From Elusimicrobiota bacterium (GTDB lineage Bacteria > Elusimicrobiota > Elusimicrobia > UBA1565), in the NCBI GenBank assembly GCA_043827405.1, contig JBDRPD010000050.1, positions 64,001 through 128,000 on the forward strand: a DNA stretch of 64,000 nt, in the 5' to 3' direction. The notes beneath the pieces were generated by a model, which saw only the letters and a list, made by a program, of their open reading frames with translations, had not been told where the DNA came from and did no database searches. Both the position numbers and the translations under genes were made by a program. Within the stretch, counting starts at the first letter, position 1. Every line of letters begins with the position of its first letter. Positions 27,821 to 37,700 of this stretch are shown piece by piece.

Positions 27821-30102
27821 TGCTTGGGCGGTTCCAGCGGCTTCAGGGGGACGGTCTTGGAAGGATCCATCTGATTGGGGTGCGGGTCCGGAGGAGCAAA
27901 AGGATCCTGCTCCGGAAAAGGCTCCGCTGCGGCATCCGGCGGCGGCACCGGCGTCCGCGGCTGCTGCGGCATGGGCGTATGCGGCTGCGGCGGTACCGGC
28001 GTCCGCGGCGGCTGCGGTACCGGCGTCCGCGGCGCCTGTCCCGGAATCGGCGTTTGCACCTGCCGCGGCATTGGGGTGTGCGGGCCGGTCATGGACGGAT
28101 AGCCCGGAGCGGCGCTCGGCTTGGGCGCAGCTTGCGCCGCGGCCGGCGGTGCGGCGTCCATCTGCGACGGGTCCGGAATGGGAATGGTGAAATAAAAGAC
28201 CGAGCCCTTGCCGAGCTCCGAATCCACGCCCATCCCGCCGCCATGGGCCTTCACGATCTCTTGGGAAATTTTTAGGCCGAGACCGAAACCTGCTTTGCGC
28301 ATCCGCTGCGCGTTCTCCGCCTGGAAAAATCGTTCGAACACGCGGGGCAAATCCTCTTTGGAGATGCCGATGCCGGTATCCCGCACGCTGATCGTTACCG
28401 CATTGGCGCCGACCTGAACCTTGACGTACACCGCGCCTTTCTCGGAAGTATACTGGATCGCATTGGTCGACAGGTTCTGAATAACCTGGCCGACCCGCAG
28501 GGGATCGCCCTTGAGCAGCGGAATTTTATCGGGCAAGCTCACATGGAGCTGAATCTCCCGCTTCTCGGCCGCGACCTCGATACGGGACTTCACCTCGTTA
28601 ACGACCTGAGAAAGATCCATATCGCTGATATTGACGCGCAGCTTGCCCGACTCGATCGCGGCGTAGTCGACCAGATCGGAGATAAGCCCCTCGAGCGTCC
28701 GCGTCGAGGACTGGATATGCGTGACGCATTTAACCAGAGTCGCGTCCTTAACCTTCCACGACAGCATCTCGGCATAGCCGCGGATCGCGGTCAGCGGGTT
28801 CTTCACATCATGCGCCACGGTGGCAAAAAACTTCTTCTGGAAATCGGTAAGCTGTTCGAGCTCCTCGTTGGCGAATTTAAGCTCCTCGGTAATGCGGGAG
28901 TTCTCCAGCAGCAGCCGGCGGCGCTCCAGCGCGCGCGATATGGAGAAGCGCAGCCGTGAGGGCTCAACCGGCTTAAGCAGACAGTCGTCGAGCCCCACCT
29001 CCACCACCTGCGTAACGCCCTTAAGCGCCGTCTGCAGCGGGTACTGATCGACCATCAGGATGATGCGCAGGTCGGGATCGATCTCGCGCATCTTCTGCGC
29101 CAGCTCGATTCCGGTATGCTGGGCGTAGACGAGGGCGGCGCCGACGACCGCGAGGTGATAGGAATCCTGAGCGATCAGCCGCATCGCCTGCTCGGCGTCC
29201 ATGCAGGCGCCCACTTCGTAGCCTTCCTGGATCAGCCCCGTCGTCAGCTGGATCAAAGAGGGCTTATAGTTGTCTACCAGCAGCACCCGGCCCAGGCCCA
29301 TCGGATCCGAGGTCTGCTTGCCCAATAGGATATCGACGGAATGCTCGACGAGATCGCGGGACAGGAACGCCGGACGCGTACGGCGCAGCGCCCGCTCCGC
29401 GTTGTGCGCGGCGCTGGCGCTGGATACGATGAAGGTGCGGGCGTTGGGAATCTCCTGGCGAACGCGGGCCTCCATCGGGGCGGCGTCAAATACGTCGCCG
29501 GAGAACTGCGCGATAACCGTGGATGGAAACTTCGGTTCCACCGGCGCATTTTCGTCCTTCTTCTTGCTGAGCTTCGACCACAGCGAAGCGTCCCCGGCCG
29601 CCGGCGCACCGCGGGGCAGGGACTGCCGCAGCAGCGAGCCGACGCCGACCGCCGAGTCGACAACGGCGGATTCAATTCCCACCGACCGCAGACGGGCCTG
29701 CAGCATGCCCGTAAGAAAGAGCGTCGGATCGGCGAAAAATACCAGCGGCACGTCCTGCAGCTCCTTGAGAGCCTCCATGAACGAGGCGGGAAGGGGCCAG
29801 CGCAGGCGCGTCACATACTCGGTCGGTGCCCGCGGGTCGGGCGTACCCGGGATGTCAAGCAGGATCAGCGGCGGGCAGCCCGGCTGGCAGTGATCCTGCA
29901 GGACCTCGATCTTTTCCTGCTGATTCATCATTATCAGATCGCCGACCACGCCGATCAGATTGGAGTCTTCTTCTATCCAGCGCGCCTTTGAACTCTTGGC
30001 GTTTTTCTGGACGTCGACCTCGATCTTGCGCCGCTGGCAGGACTTCTTAAACAAGTCGATGATCGCCGGATCTCCGGTAATGAGGATGACCCGGTTTTTC
30101 AT
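27817..30102 (-). CDS. Cytoplasmic hybrid histidine kinase with degenerate receiver domains and Pro/Thr-rich tail
   Basis: AHDVKNPL H-box, NL.TNA, DTGIGI, GFGLGL; receiver-like N-terminal domains. Confidence 0.9.
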   Translation of the reverse strand: MKNRVILITGDPAIIDLFKKSCQRRKIEVDVQKNAKSSKARWIEEDSNLIGVVGDLIMMNQQEKIEVLQDHCQPGCPPLILLDIPGTPDPRAPTEYVTRLRWPLPASFMEALKELQDVPLVFFADPTLFLTGMLQARLRSVGIESAVVDSAVGVGSLLRQSLPRGAPAAGDASLWSKLSKKKDENAPVEPKFPSTVIAQFSGDVFDAAPMEARVRQEIPNARTFIVSSASAAHNAERALRRTRPAFLSRDLVEHSVDILLGKQTSDPMGLGRVLLVDNYKPSLIQLTTGLIQEGYEVGACMDAEQAMRLIAQDSYHLAVVGAALVYAQHTGIELAQKMREIDPDLRIILMVDQYPLQTALKGVTQVVEVGLDDCLLKPVEPSRLRFSISRALERRRLLLENSRITEELKFANEELEQLTDFQKKFFATVAHDVKNPLTAIRGYAEMLSWKVKDATLVKCVTHIQSSTRTLEGLISDLVDYAAIESGKLRVNISDMDLSQVVNEVKSRIEVAAEKREIQLHVSLPDKIPLLKGDPLRVGQVIQNLSTNAIQYTSEKGAVYVKVQVGANAVTISVRDTGIGISKEDLPRVFERFFQAENAQRMRKAGFGLGLKISQEIVKAHGGGMGVDSELGKGSVFYFTIPIPDPSQMDAAPPAAAQAAPKPSAAPGYPSMTGPHTPMPRQVQTPIPGQAPRTPVPQPPRTPVPPQPHTPMPQQPRTPVPPPDAAAEPFPEQDPFAPPDPHPNQMDPSKTVPLKPLEPPKQ

Positions 30103-31484
30103 AACGCCAACGGCTCCAGCCGCGCGGTAAAGTGGCTCAAATACTCCGCGGCCTCCAGCAGCTTCATGCCGCGCACCGCCGAAGCATCCTGGGCCACGGC
30201 GGTGAATACCTCGATTACGAAATCGATATGGCTCTGGGTATAGACCCGGCGCGGCACCGCCAGGCGCACGAGCTCCATCTTGGCCGGCTCGAAGCCGCCG
30301 TTGATGCGGCGGCCGAACATAAGCGAGCCGATCTCCACCGTGCGGATGCCGCCGCGGCGGTACAGCTCGCAGGCCAGCGCCTGCGCCGGATATTCCTGCG
30401 GCGGGATATGCGGCAGCAGCCGCTTGGCGTCCACATACACGCCGTGCCCCCCGGGCGGCTCGAGAATCGGCACGCCGCCGCGGCGCAGACCGTCGGCCAA
30501 ATACTCGGTGGAGCGGAGGCGGTACTGCAGGTACTCCTCATCCAGGACCTCCTCGAGTCCGATGGTTATCGCCTCGAGATCGCGGCCCGCGAGTCCGCCG
30601 TAGGTGGCGAAGCCCTCGCCGACAATCAGCACTTCGCGCGCGCGACGCGCCAATTCGACGTTGTTGAGCGCGAGGAACCCCCCCATATTCACCAGGGCGT
30701 CCTTCTTGGCGCTCATCATGCAGCCCTGGGCATAGGAAAACATCTCGTGGGCGATCTCCTTAACGGGCCGCGTAGAGTAGCCCGGCTCGCGCTGCTTAAT
30801 GAAACAGGCGTTCTCGGCGAAGCGTGCGCAGTCCAAAAACATCGGGATCTTATGCTGCGCGCATATCTCGCTGACCTCGCGCAGATTACGCATCGATACC
30901 GGCTGCCCGCCCAGTGAATTATTGGTCACGGTCATGATCACGAGCGGGATATTCTCGGCGCCCCGGTCCTTGATCGCCCCCGCGAGCGCCAGCGTATCCA
31001 TATCGCCCTTGAAGTCGCCGACGCAAGCGAAGTCCAGGGCCGCCGGCACCGGCAGGTCGACCGCCTCGGCGCCCGAGACCTCGACGTTGGCGCGCGTGGT
31101 GTCGAAGTGGGAGTTGGAAATCACCGTCTTGCCCTTGCCGCCGATGATTTCAAACAGAATGCGCTCCGCGGCGCGGCCCTGATGGACCGGAATCACCTCG
31201 CGGTAGCCGGTCAGCTCACGCACTTTCTTTTCAAAGCGAAAGAAGCTCCGGGCGCCGGCATAGGATTCATCGCCCCGCATGAGGCCGCCCCACTGATCGG
31301 CGGACATCGCCGAGGTCCCCGAATCCGTCAGCAGATCGATCAAAACCTTATCGGCGGGGACATTGAAGAGGTTGTAGCCCGCCTTCTTGAGCGCCTCGTC
31401 ACGTTCACCGGCCGAGGTGAAGCCCAGCGGCTCCACACATTTGATCTTAAACGGCTCGATTATAGTCTTCCAGTTCCAATCCAT
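30099..31484 (-). CDS. tnaA: Tryptophanase (beta-eliminating lyase)
   Basis: IEPFKIK, DLLTDSGT, HQGRAAE, FDTT, MSAKKD (PLP Lys), HFTA; FDTT and HFTA match tryptophanase rather than tyrosine phenol-lyase (FTTT, FFTA). Confidence 0.88.
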   Translation of the reverse strand: MDWNWKTIIEPFKIKCVEPLGFTSAGERDEALKKAGYNLFNVPADKVLIDLLTDSGTSAMSADQWGGLMRGDESYAGARSFFRFEKKVRELTGYREVIPVHQGRAAERILFEIIGGKGKTVISNSHFDTTRANVEVSGAEAVDLPVPAALDFACVGDFKGDMDTLALAGAIKDRGAENIPLVIMTVTNNSLGGQPVSMRNLREVSEICAQHKIPMFLDCARFAENACFIKQREPGYSTRPVKEIAHEMFSYAQGCMMSAKKDALVNMGGFLALNNVELARRAREVLIVGEGFATYGGLAGRDLEAITIGLEEVLDEEYLQYRLRSTEYLADGLRRGGVPILEPPGGHGVYVDAKRLLPHIPPQEYPAQALACELYRRGGIRTVEIGSLMFGRRINGGFEPAKMELVRLAVPRRVYTQSHIDFVIEVFTAVAQDASAVRGMKLLEAAEYLSHFTARLEPLAL

Positions 31485-31519
31485 TGGTACCTAAAAGGAG
31501 GTGCGAGCGCCTACCATAA

Positions 31520-31548
31520 AGATTAGCCGGCCTTCGATACTGTGTCAA
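31520..31548 (-). promoter_or_regulatory. Sigma70-type promoter of the tnaA operon
   Basis: TTGACA-N17-TAATCT on the minus strand. Confidence 0.75.
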
Positions 31549-31605
31549 CAGCAGGACGGTTAACCGTTTTTCCCGATTAGTACTTAGATTTATAACAAAT
31601 CCGTT

Positions 31606-31694
31606 AGGTTTAAGGGCCTAGTTTTTTTGGGCCGGTTGCCTTACCCCGCTTGGGCCCTATGCTCCTGGGGCGCCGGCGGATCTCAAGGTATCAT
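31606..31694 (+). promoter_or_regulatory. Three 23-bp-phased palindromic boxes plus -10 (TATCAT) upstream of the PLD gene
   Basis: AGGTTTAAGGGCCT 31606, GGGCCGGTTGCCTT 31629, GGGCCCTATGCTCC 31652; TATCAT 31689-31694. Confidence 0.62.
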
Positions 31695-31701
31695 TATGCA
31701 G

Positions 31702-34680
31702 ATGAGCTATTCGCTCCGGACACCCTTACAACGGGCGACCTCACTTATCTGCGTCCTCTTGCTTGCGGCGGCGCCTCTGCAGGCCGCCGTAGCGGTTCGC
31801 CCTTCGATCGGCCTGAACGCCGGCGCCTCCGGCGGGAAGGTTTCGGTGCCCGTCAGCAATATCAAGGCTGTCGCCCCCGGGACAAACGGCTCGCTCGCAC
31901 CGCTGCAGACCTCCATGAACGGCACCTTGCCCAGCCTGGACCTGCCGGCAAGCGGGGTCAGCGGCGCGGCCGAAGCTTCCGTACAGAGCACGCCCCGCGA
32001 GATTGAAGCCAAGGTTATCCCCGCGAGCTCGGGCCGGTCGCTCAAGAATAGCCTGAAAACCGCGATCAGCGCTCTCGGCCAGGACCAGAAGGCGGGCAAG
32101 AAGCGGCCGGGCCTCGCCAGCCTGGGATCAAAAGTCAGCGCGCCGTCGGCGGAAACGAGCCTGGGGGAGCAGAGCGCGGCCGCCGACACCTACTTCCGCC
32201 AAAAGGCCGGCTTCACCCATAACGAGCTGCCGCAGTCCGAAGATTTCATTTTTGACGCCTTCGCCCCGGAGAGCGTCGCTCCGCAGCGCACCCAGTCGGT
32301 CCTGGAGGACGTCGCCGATCCGCGATACCCCTCGCGGCGGATTCGCTTTAACGGCACCTCCCTGCCCTCGGTCGCCATGCGTCCGGACCGCCCGGTGGAG
32401 ACCGAAATCGTCAAGGCGATCGACGCCAGTAAAAAGACCATCGATATCGCCCTCTACGAGTTCAAGAACCGGGAAATCCTAAAGGCCCTGCGCAACGCCA
32501 AGGAGCGCGGCGTGACCGTGCGCGTGATCATCGATGCCGGGCATGCCAACCCCGCCAAACGCGAAGGCTCCGACTACTGGCCGCACCGCAGCATGGAACT
32601 CCAGTCCCTGATTCTCGCCGGCTTCGAGGTCCGGGTGCTCAAGGGAGCCTGGCGCTGGGGCATCATGCACAATAAGGTCGCCGTATTTGACGACAAGCTC
32701 GGCCTCTTCGGCTCCTACAACTGGTCCTACACTTCCGAGCGCAACCATTACGAGAACGTGGTATTCACCACCACGGGCAACCGCGTAAAAGCCATCAACG
32801 AGCTATGGAAATACCTCAACGCCAACAGCGTTGACTTCGCGGATTCCCTAAAGCACCAATGGCCGGAGAACGTCCCGGCGCCGCCCAAGGACAAGAGCCT
32901 CAGCGTCCGCTTCAACGGCCTGCGCTTGCCGGCCTACGTATTCACCCCCGACCTCGAGGCCGAGGACTGGATCGTCCGGGTCCTGGAGAAAGCGCAAAAG
33001 TCGGTCGACATGTCCATGTTTACCTACACTTCGCCGCGCATCTCCCAGGCCCTGCTCGCGGCCAAAAAGCGGGGCGTGAAAGTGCGCGTGCTCCTCGATC
33101 AATCGCAGAGCGGCCAAAGCTTTATGCAGCCGTTTGTCGAATGGCTGGCCTTCCACGGCGTCGAGACCAAGACTCTGGCCGGCCCCAACCCGGACGGCCC
33201 GGTATGGGCGGAAAAGAACCACAACAAGTTCACCATCGTGGACGGCAAGCTGGTGCTGACGGGCTCGCTCAACTACACCAAGAGCGGCTTTATCACCAAC
33301 TACGAGAACATGTTCCTGCTCGACGACAAATCGGACGCGAAAGCCTATACGATGTTCTTTGACGACATGTTCGGCAGCCGCCGGACCGCGCGCGTCGTAC
33401 CGCCCGCGAAAGAGCCGGTGCTGCCGACCGAAAAGGATATCGTCGACGGACTGCGCGGCCCCCCGGAAGCGCTGCCGGCGGCGCCGACCTTCCCCGACCT
33501 GCCGAAAACCGGAGAAGTCACTTTCAACCGCAAAAAATTCCCCGCCAGCGTAGTCCGGCCGCACCACCCCGTCAAAGATTTGCTCGTCCAAGCCCTCGAC
33601 AGCTCGCAGAAATCGATCCATTTGGCGCTCTACGAGTTCGACATCCCCGAGATTCTCGAGGCCCTGCGGCGCGCCAAGAAGCGCGGCGTAAAGGTGCACG
33701 TAATCTTCGACTACTCGCGCTTCTTTCCCAAGGGAACCAATACCCGCGGCGAGCCCAAGCATCGCTCCGGCGAGATGCAGGCCCTTCTGGACGAAGGCTT
33801 CGACGTCTCGGTCCTGCGCGGCGTTAAAGCGCAGGGCATCATGCACAACAAGATCGGCATCTTCGACGGCAAGATGACGACGTTCGGCTCCTACAACTGG
33901 TCGCGGACGGCCGAGCAATTTCACTTTGAGAGCGTCAAGTTCGAGACCGAAAAGGCGCGCGTGGACTTCTACCGGCGCTATTGGGACTGGATGCGCAGCT
34001 ACGCCGTGCACCCCGACAAGGCCGAAGCGCATAAGTGGAACCAGGCGTGGAAGCAGGGACAGAAGGAGGGACGCACCACTCCGGTCGACGAGGACCCCGC
34101 GATCGAGCTTAACGGCGAGCGCTTCCCGCGCAGCGCCGTCTCGCCGCAAGGGCTGGCGGAAGACACCATTATCCGCGCCATCCGGGCGGCGCACAAGACC
34201 ATCGACATCGCCATGTTCAGCTTCTACTCGGCGCGCATCGCCGAGGAGCTCCTGCGCGCGAAAGAGCGCGGCGTCCACGTGCGCATCGCCTTTGACCGCA
34301 TGCAGTCGAAGCTCATGAAGCTCGACAACTGGTTCGCCTACTACGGCTTTGACGTAAAGATCGTGCCCGGCCCCAACCCGTACGGCATCGTCTACTTCGA
34401 GAAGAACCACAACAAGTTCATGCTGGTGGACGGCAAAATGCTGCAGATGGGATCCTTCAACTACACGGGCAACGCCGAGGAAAACTCCTACGAGAACCTC
34501 AACTTCTACAACGACCCGCTTGAGCTGGCCTTCTACGCCGCCTACTTCCAGCTGCTTTACAATTACGGCTGGGCGCCGATGATGCCCGAGGCGCCGCCGG
34601 AAGGCCTGCCGACGCCGGCTGAGTTCTTCGATCCTCAGCGCCTGGCGCAACTGCAGGCGGCTGCGGGCGACGAACTGTAA
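31702..34680 (+). CDS. Exported phospholipase D superfamily protein with four HKD domains
   Basis: HNKVAVFD, HNKFTIVD, HNKIGIFD, HNKFMLVD, each followed by GSxN; signal peptide and about 200 aa low-complexity N-terminus. Confidence 0.9.
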   Translation: MSYSLRTPLQRATSLICVLLLAAAPLQAAVAVRPSIGLNAGASGGKVSVPVSNIKAVAPGTNGSLAPLQTSMNGTLPSLDLPASGVSGAAEASVQSTPREIEAKVIPASSGRSLKNSLKTAISALGQDQKAGKKRPGLASLGSKVSAPSAETSLGEQSAAADTYFRQKAGFTHNELPQSEDFIFDAFAPESVAPQRTQSVLEDVADPRYPSRRIRFNGTSLPSVAMRPDRPVETEIVKAIDASKKTIDIALYEFKNREILKALRNAKERGVTVRVIIDAGHANPAKREGSDYWPHRSMELQSLILAGFEVRVLKGAWRWGIMHNKVAVFDDKLGLFGSYNWSYTSERNHYENVVFTTTGNRVKAINELWKYLNANSVDFADSLKHQWPENVPAPPKDKSLSVRFNGLRLPAYVFTPDLEAEDWIVRVLEKAQKSVDMSMFTYTSPRISQALLAAKKRGVKVRVLLDQSQSGQSFMQPFVEWLAFHGVETKTLAGPNPDGPVWAEKNHNKFTIVDGKLVLTGSLNYTKSGFITNYENMFLLDDKSDAKAYTMFFDDMFGSRRTARVVPPAKEPVLPTEKDIVDGLRGPPEALPAAPTFPDLPKTGEVTFNRKKFPASVVRPHHPVKDLLVQALDSSQKSIHLALYEFDIPEILEALRRAKKRGVKVHVIFDYSRFFPKGTNTRGEPKHRSGEMQALLDEGFDVSVLRGVKAQGIMHNKIGIFDGKMTTFGSYNWSRTAEQFHFESVKFETEKARVDFYRRYWDWMRSYAVHPDKAEAHKWNQAWKQGQKEGRTTPVDEDPAIELNGERFPRSAVSPQGLAEDTIIRAIRAAHKTIDIAMFSFYSARIAEELLRAKERGVHVRIAFDRMQSKLMKLDNWFAYYGFDVKIVPGPNPYGIVYFEKNHNKFMLVDGKMLQMGSFNYTGNAEENSYENLNFYNDPLELAFYAAYFQLLYNYGWAPMMPEAPPEGLPTPAEFFDPQRLAQLQAAAGDEL

Positions 34681-34689
34681 CCCACTCTC

Positions 34690-35628
34690 CTAACGCAGTA
34701 GAACCCGCAGCGGCGGACGGGTTTCGCTAAGAGTCTTGCGCTCGCCGGCTTCATCGATATACTGCACATGCAGCGATAAATTTACCGCATATTCGCCGGA
34801 CCCCAGCTCCGGCACCAGCGTCATGCCTTTCCACCGGGCGAGCCCGTCCTGCCGCGGGATTTCGACCTCCCTAACGACGGGCGCGGCCAGCGCTCCGCCT
34901 TGCACGCGCAATTCGTATTTCGCGAGAATGGGGAAAGCGGACGGCTCCTCCGACGGCGCGCGGCGAAATCCCGCGGCGACATCCGCGCCGACGAACAACA
35001 CGACGCTGGCATGCAGCGCACCGCCGCGCGCCTCGATTTCCCACTCCACCAGCCTGAAGCCCTTATCCGCGAGCCGCGGGTAAACCCCGGTTGTAAAATA
35101 GTCACGCAGGACCGGAGCGCCCAACTGCTGCAGAAAAACCTTCAGCTGCGGGGGAGGTTCGCCGCCGACCGCGCGGGACTTATCGCGCAGCATCGCCTGG
35201 ACCACCGCTGCGGCCTCAGCCTTGGCGTCCCGTCGCAGCAGCTCATAAAAGGGTGGATTCTTAAGCGCATCATTCTTAAGCATCCGCAGCAGTTCCTCGG
35301 TCGACTTGCCGGCCAGCTCTTTATCGAGCTTCCGCCCCCGTGCGGACGCGCCCCGGGCGACCTTGGCCATCTGCTGCCCTGCCTGCTGCTCCTGCGCCTT
35401 ATCGAGGTACTTGATAACGAAGAACATCACTACCGCCACCAGGAGCACGGCAAACCAGCCGAGCTCTCCCGAGCGGGACGACTTGGCCGCAGTCGCCGTC
35501 GCCGCCGCGGGCTGGCCGGCGGCGGCGGCCATCTTGGCCTCCCACTTGGCCAGCACCAGACCGCACACGCATTCGGTACTGCCCGGCTTGACGGGTTTAT
35601 CGCAAACAGGACATTGGGTCAGCGCCAT
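34690..35628 (-). CDS. Hypothetical membrane protein with N-terminal zinc ribbon
   Basis: CPVC...CVCG, Ala-rich linker, single TM. Confidence 0.65.
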   Translation of the reverse strand: MALTQCPVCDKPVKPGSTECVCGLVLAKWEAKMAAAAGQPAAATATAAKSSRSGELGWFAVLLVAVVMFFVIKYLDKAQEQQAGQQMAKVARGASARGRKLDKELAGKSTEELLRMLKNDALKNPPFYELLRRDAKAEAAAVVQAMLRDKSRAVGGEPPPQLKVFLQQLGAPVLRDYFTTGVYPRLADKGFRLVEWEIEARGGALHASVVLFVGADVAAGFRRAPSEEPSAFPILAKYELRVQGGALAAPVVREVEIPRQDGLARWKGMTLVPELGSGEYAVNLSLHVQYIDEAGERKTLSETRPPLRVLLR

Positions 35629-35705
35629 AATCCGGTATTCGAAGAGAGTATAGGCCGCCTCCGTGATTTCCGCAATAGCGCAGAAAATGTGGTTACATAT
35701 CCGCT

Positions 35706-37700
35706 ATGGTGCGCGAAATCACCTCCTCGCCGCTGGTCCGCGAGGGCGTTGCCTTCTTTAACCAGGGGAAATTCCCCGCCGCCGCGCGCGCTTTCGAGAC
35801 GGCAGTACGCGCCGGCGACGAGACTCCCTGGACGCACTGCTTCCTGGCGCACTCCTATGTCTCCATGGGCAAGGAGCAAAAAGCGCTCCGGCACCTGCGC
35901 GAAACATTCCGCGGAAAGACGCCGCCCATTCCCGTGCTCCTGGCGCTCGGCGATATCGCCGAAAGAACGGGAGACATAAAGGAAGCTGTTCGCTGCCTGC
36001 ATCGCGCCGTCATCCGGTCGTCCGGATCGGTCGAAGCCCGGCTCAAACTCGGCGGACTGCGCCTGCGTCAGCGGCACTTCGCCGCGGCCGAGAAGCAGCT
36101 GCGGGCGGCGGTCGAACTCGACCGCAAATCGACGGCGGGACATCTGCTGCTCGGCAAAGCATTGGCGGCGGGCGGGCGGCACGAGGAGGCCGCCCGGTCC
36201 TATCAGGAGGCGCTCGCGCTGGCGCCGCGCTCGGCCGACGTACGCCGCCTGCTGAGCGCGACCTCGCTGCGCATCGGCCGGACAGCGGCCGCGCTGGAAC
36301 ACGCGCAGGAGGCTCTCCGCATCGACGACGACGCGCCGGAGGGGCACCTGCTGCTGGGTAATATCCTGGAGGACAGCGGACGGCTTAATGAGGCCGCGGC
36401 GGCCTACCGGGAAGCGCTCAAGCGCCGGCCGGACCTGTTTGAGGCGCACCTGCGCTGGGGACAAACGCTGCTCAAATGCGGGAAATTCCCGGAAGCCCGG
36501 CAGCGCCTGCGTGACGCTCTCGCCCTCAACGCGGCCTCGCTGGAGGCCTGCCTGCTGCTGGCGGACGTGTACCGGCAGGAAGGAGACCTGACGTCCATGC
36601 GCGAATGCCTGCAGCCGGTGCTCAAGCGCGCGCCGTCCGCCGGCGCGGGCGCCGCCTATCACCGCTTTGCCTCGCTCATGTCCTTGGGCGAGTATGCCGA
36701 AGCCTGCGCCGAGGCCGACCGGCTGCTCGGCATGAAGAACGCCGGCAAAGAGCACGCCCTGCTGTACCGCTTCTGGGCGCTCGACTGGCTGCGGCCGCTG
36801 CCCAAGAATCTCTACGCCGAGCACCTGCATGCGCTGCACGCTTTGGCCGCAAAGCGGCCGCGCTCGCCGTGGCCGCGCTTTTTCGCCGGCGCGCTCCTCT
36901 GCCATATGGGAAGGGGCTGGGAGGGACTCGCGCTGCTGGACGCCGCCCCGCAGCCGCGCGGCCGCGGCGGCTGGATGCGCTGCGCCGCCGGCTTTCAACG
37001 GCTGCATCTGGGACTCTACCGCGACGCCGCCGCGGATTTCACCGCCGCGTTGAAGTTCCTGCCCGGCGCCTGGTGGGCCTGGTGCTTCCTTGCCGAGACG
37101 CATCTGTGCGCGGGCGATGCCGCGCGGGCGCAGAAGGACATGGTGCGGGCGGAAAAATCGGCACCGGACGCCGCCGCCCGCGGCGAGATTTTGGCCTGGT
37201 GGGGCGAGATACTGCTGTGGCAGGGACGCTACAAGGAAGCGCTGTGCCGCCTCGAGGCGACCGGCTCGGCTTATGCCGCCTGCTGGCGGGGCGCCGCGCT
37301 CATGCAGCTGGGCCGCAACGACGAGGCGCTCGCGGCTCTCGACCGGGCGCTGACGCCCGGCGCACGCGACCCGGAAGCCCTGGTCTGGCGCGGCGAGCTC
37401 CGGCGCCGCCTGGGCCGGCATAAGGAATCTTTGACCGATCTGGATCAGGCGGTGCAGCTGGGCGGCGGCTCATGGGCGCTCGTCAACCGTGCCCTGACCC
37501 GGCGCCGGCTCGGCGATCAGGCCGGGATGTGGCGGGACTTCGCGGCCGTTCCGGACGAGCTCGTGGGCCATGCGGCCGCGCACAGCCGGCGCCCGTGGGA
37601 CGCGGACGGCGCCGCGGCGCTGCTGGAGCGGCTGCTAAAGTCGGCACGCGGCGTACGCCGGACCGACCGCTATGTCAGCCCCGTGTGGATGAACCGATGA
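35706..37700 (+). CDS. Tetratricopeptide repeat protein
   Basis: Continuous TPR-like repeats (LG..L...G...EA...Y..AL...P). Confidence 0.85.
   Translation: MVREITSSPLVREGVAFFNQGKFPAAARAFETAVRAGDETPWTHCFLAHSYVSMGKEQKALRHLRETFRGKTPPIPVLLALGDIAERTGDIKEAVRCLHRAVIRSSGSVEARLKLGGLRLRQRHFAAAEKQLRAAVELDRKSTAGHLLLGKALAAGGRHEEAARSYQEALALAPRSADVRRLLSATSLRIGRTAAALEHAQEALRIDDDAPEGHLLLGNILEDSGRLNEAAAAYREALKRRPDLFEAHLRWGQTLLKCGKFPEARQRLRDALALNAASLEACLLLADVYRQEGDLTSMRECLQPVLKRAPSAGAGAAYHRFASLMSLGEYAEACAEADRLLGMKNAGKEHALLYRFWALDWLRPLPKNLYAEHLHALHALAAKRPRSPWPRFFAGALLCHMGRGWEGLALLDAAPQPRGRGGWMRCAAGFQRLHLGLYRDAAADFTAALKFLPGAWWAWCFLAETHLCAGDAARAQKDMVRAEKSAPDAAARGEILAWWGEILLWQGRYKEALCRLEATGSAYAACWRGAALMQLGRNDEALAALDRALTPGARDPEALVWRGELRRRLGRHKESLTDLDQAVQLGGGSWALVNRALTRRRLGDQAGMWRDFAAVPDELVGHAAAHSRRPWDADGAAALLERLLKSARGVRRTDRYVSPVWMNR

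Noticed and set aside
31491..31517. Possible TnaC-like leader peptide (MVGARTSF*) upstream of tnaA
   Set aside because: No Trp or terminal Pro, and its ATG is only 2 nt after the -10 hexamer, so probably not transcribed.
32848..34650. 600-aa antisense ORF inside the PLD gene (similarly 244-1374, 7449-8537, 35619-37421, 55431-56606, 59251-60675)
   Set aside because: Shadow ORFs from high GC3 codon bias on the coding strand; no motifs, and they lie antisense to, and almost entirely within, well-supported genes.
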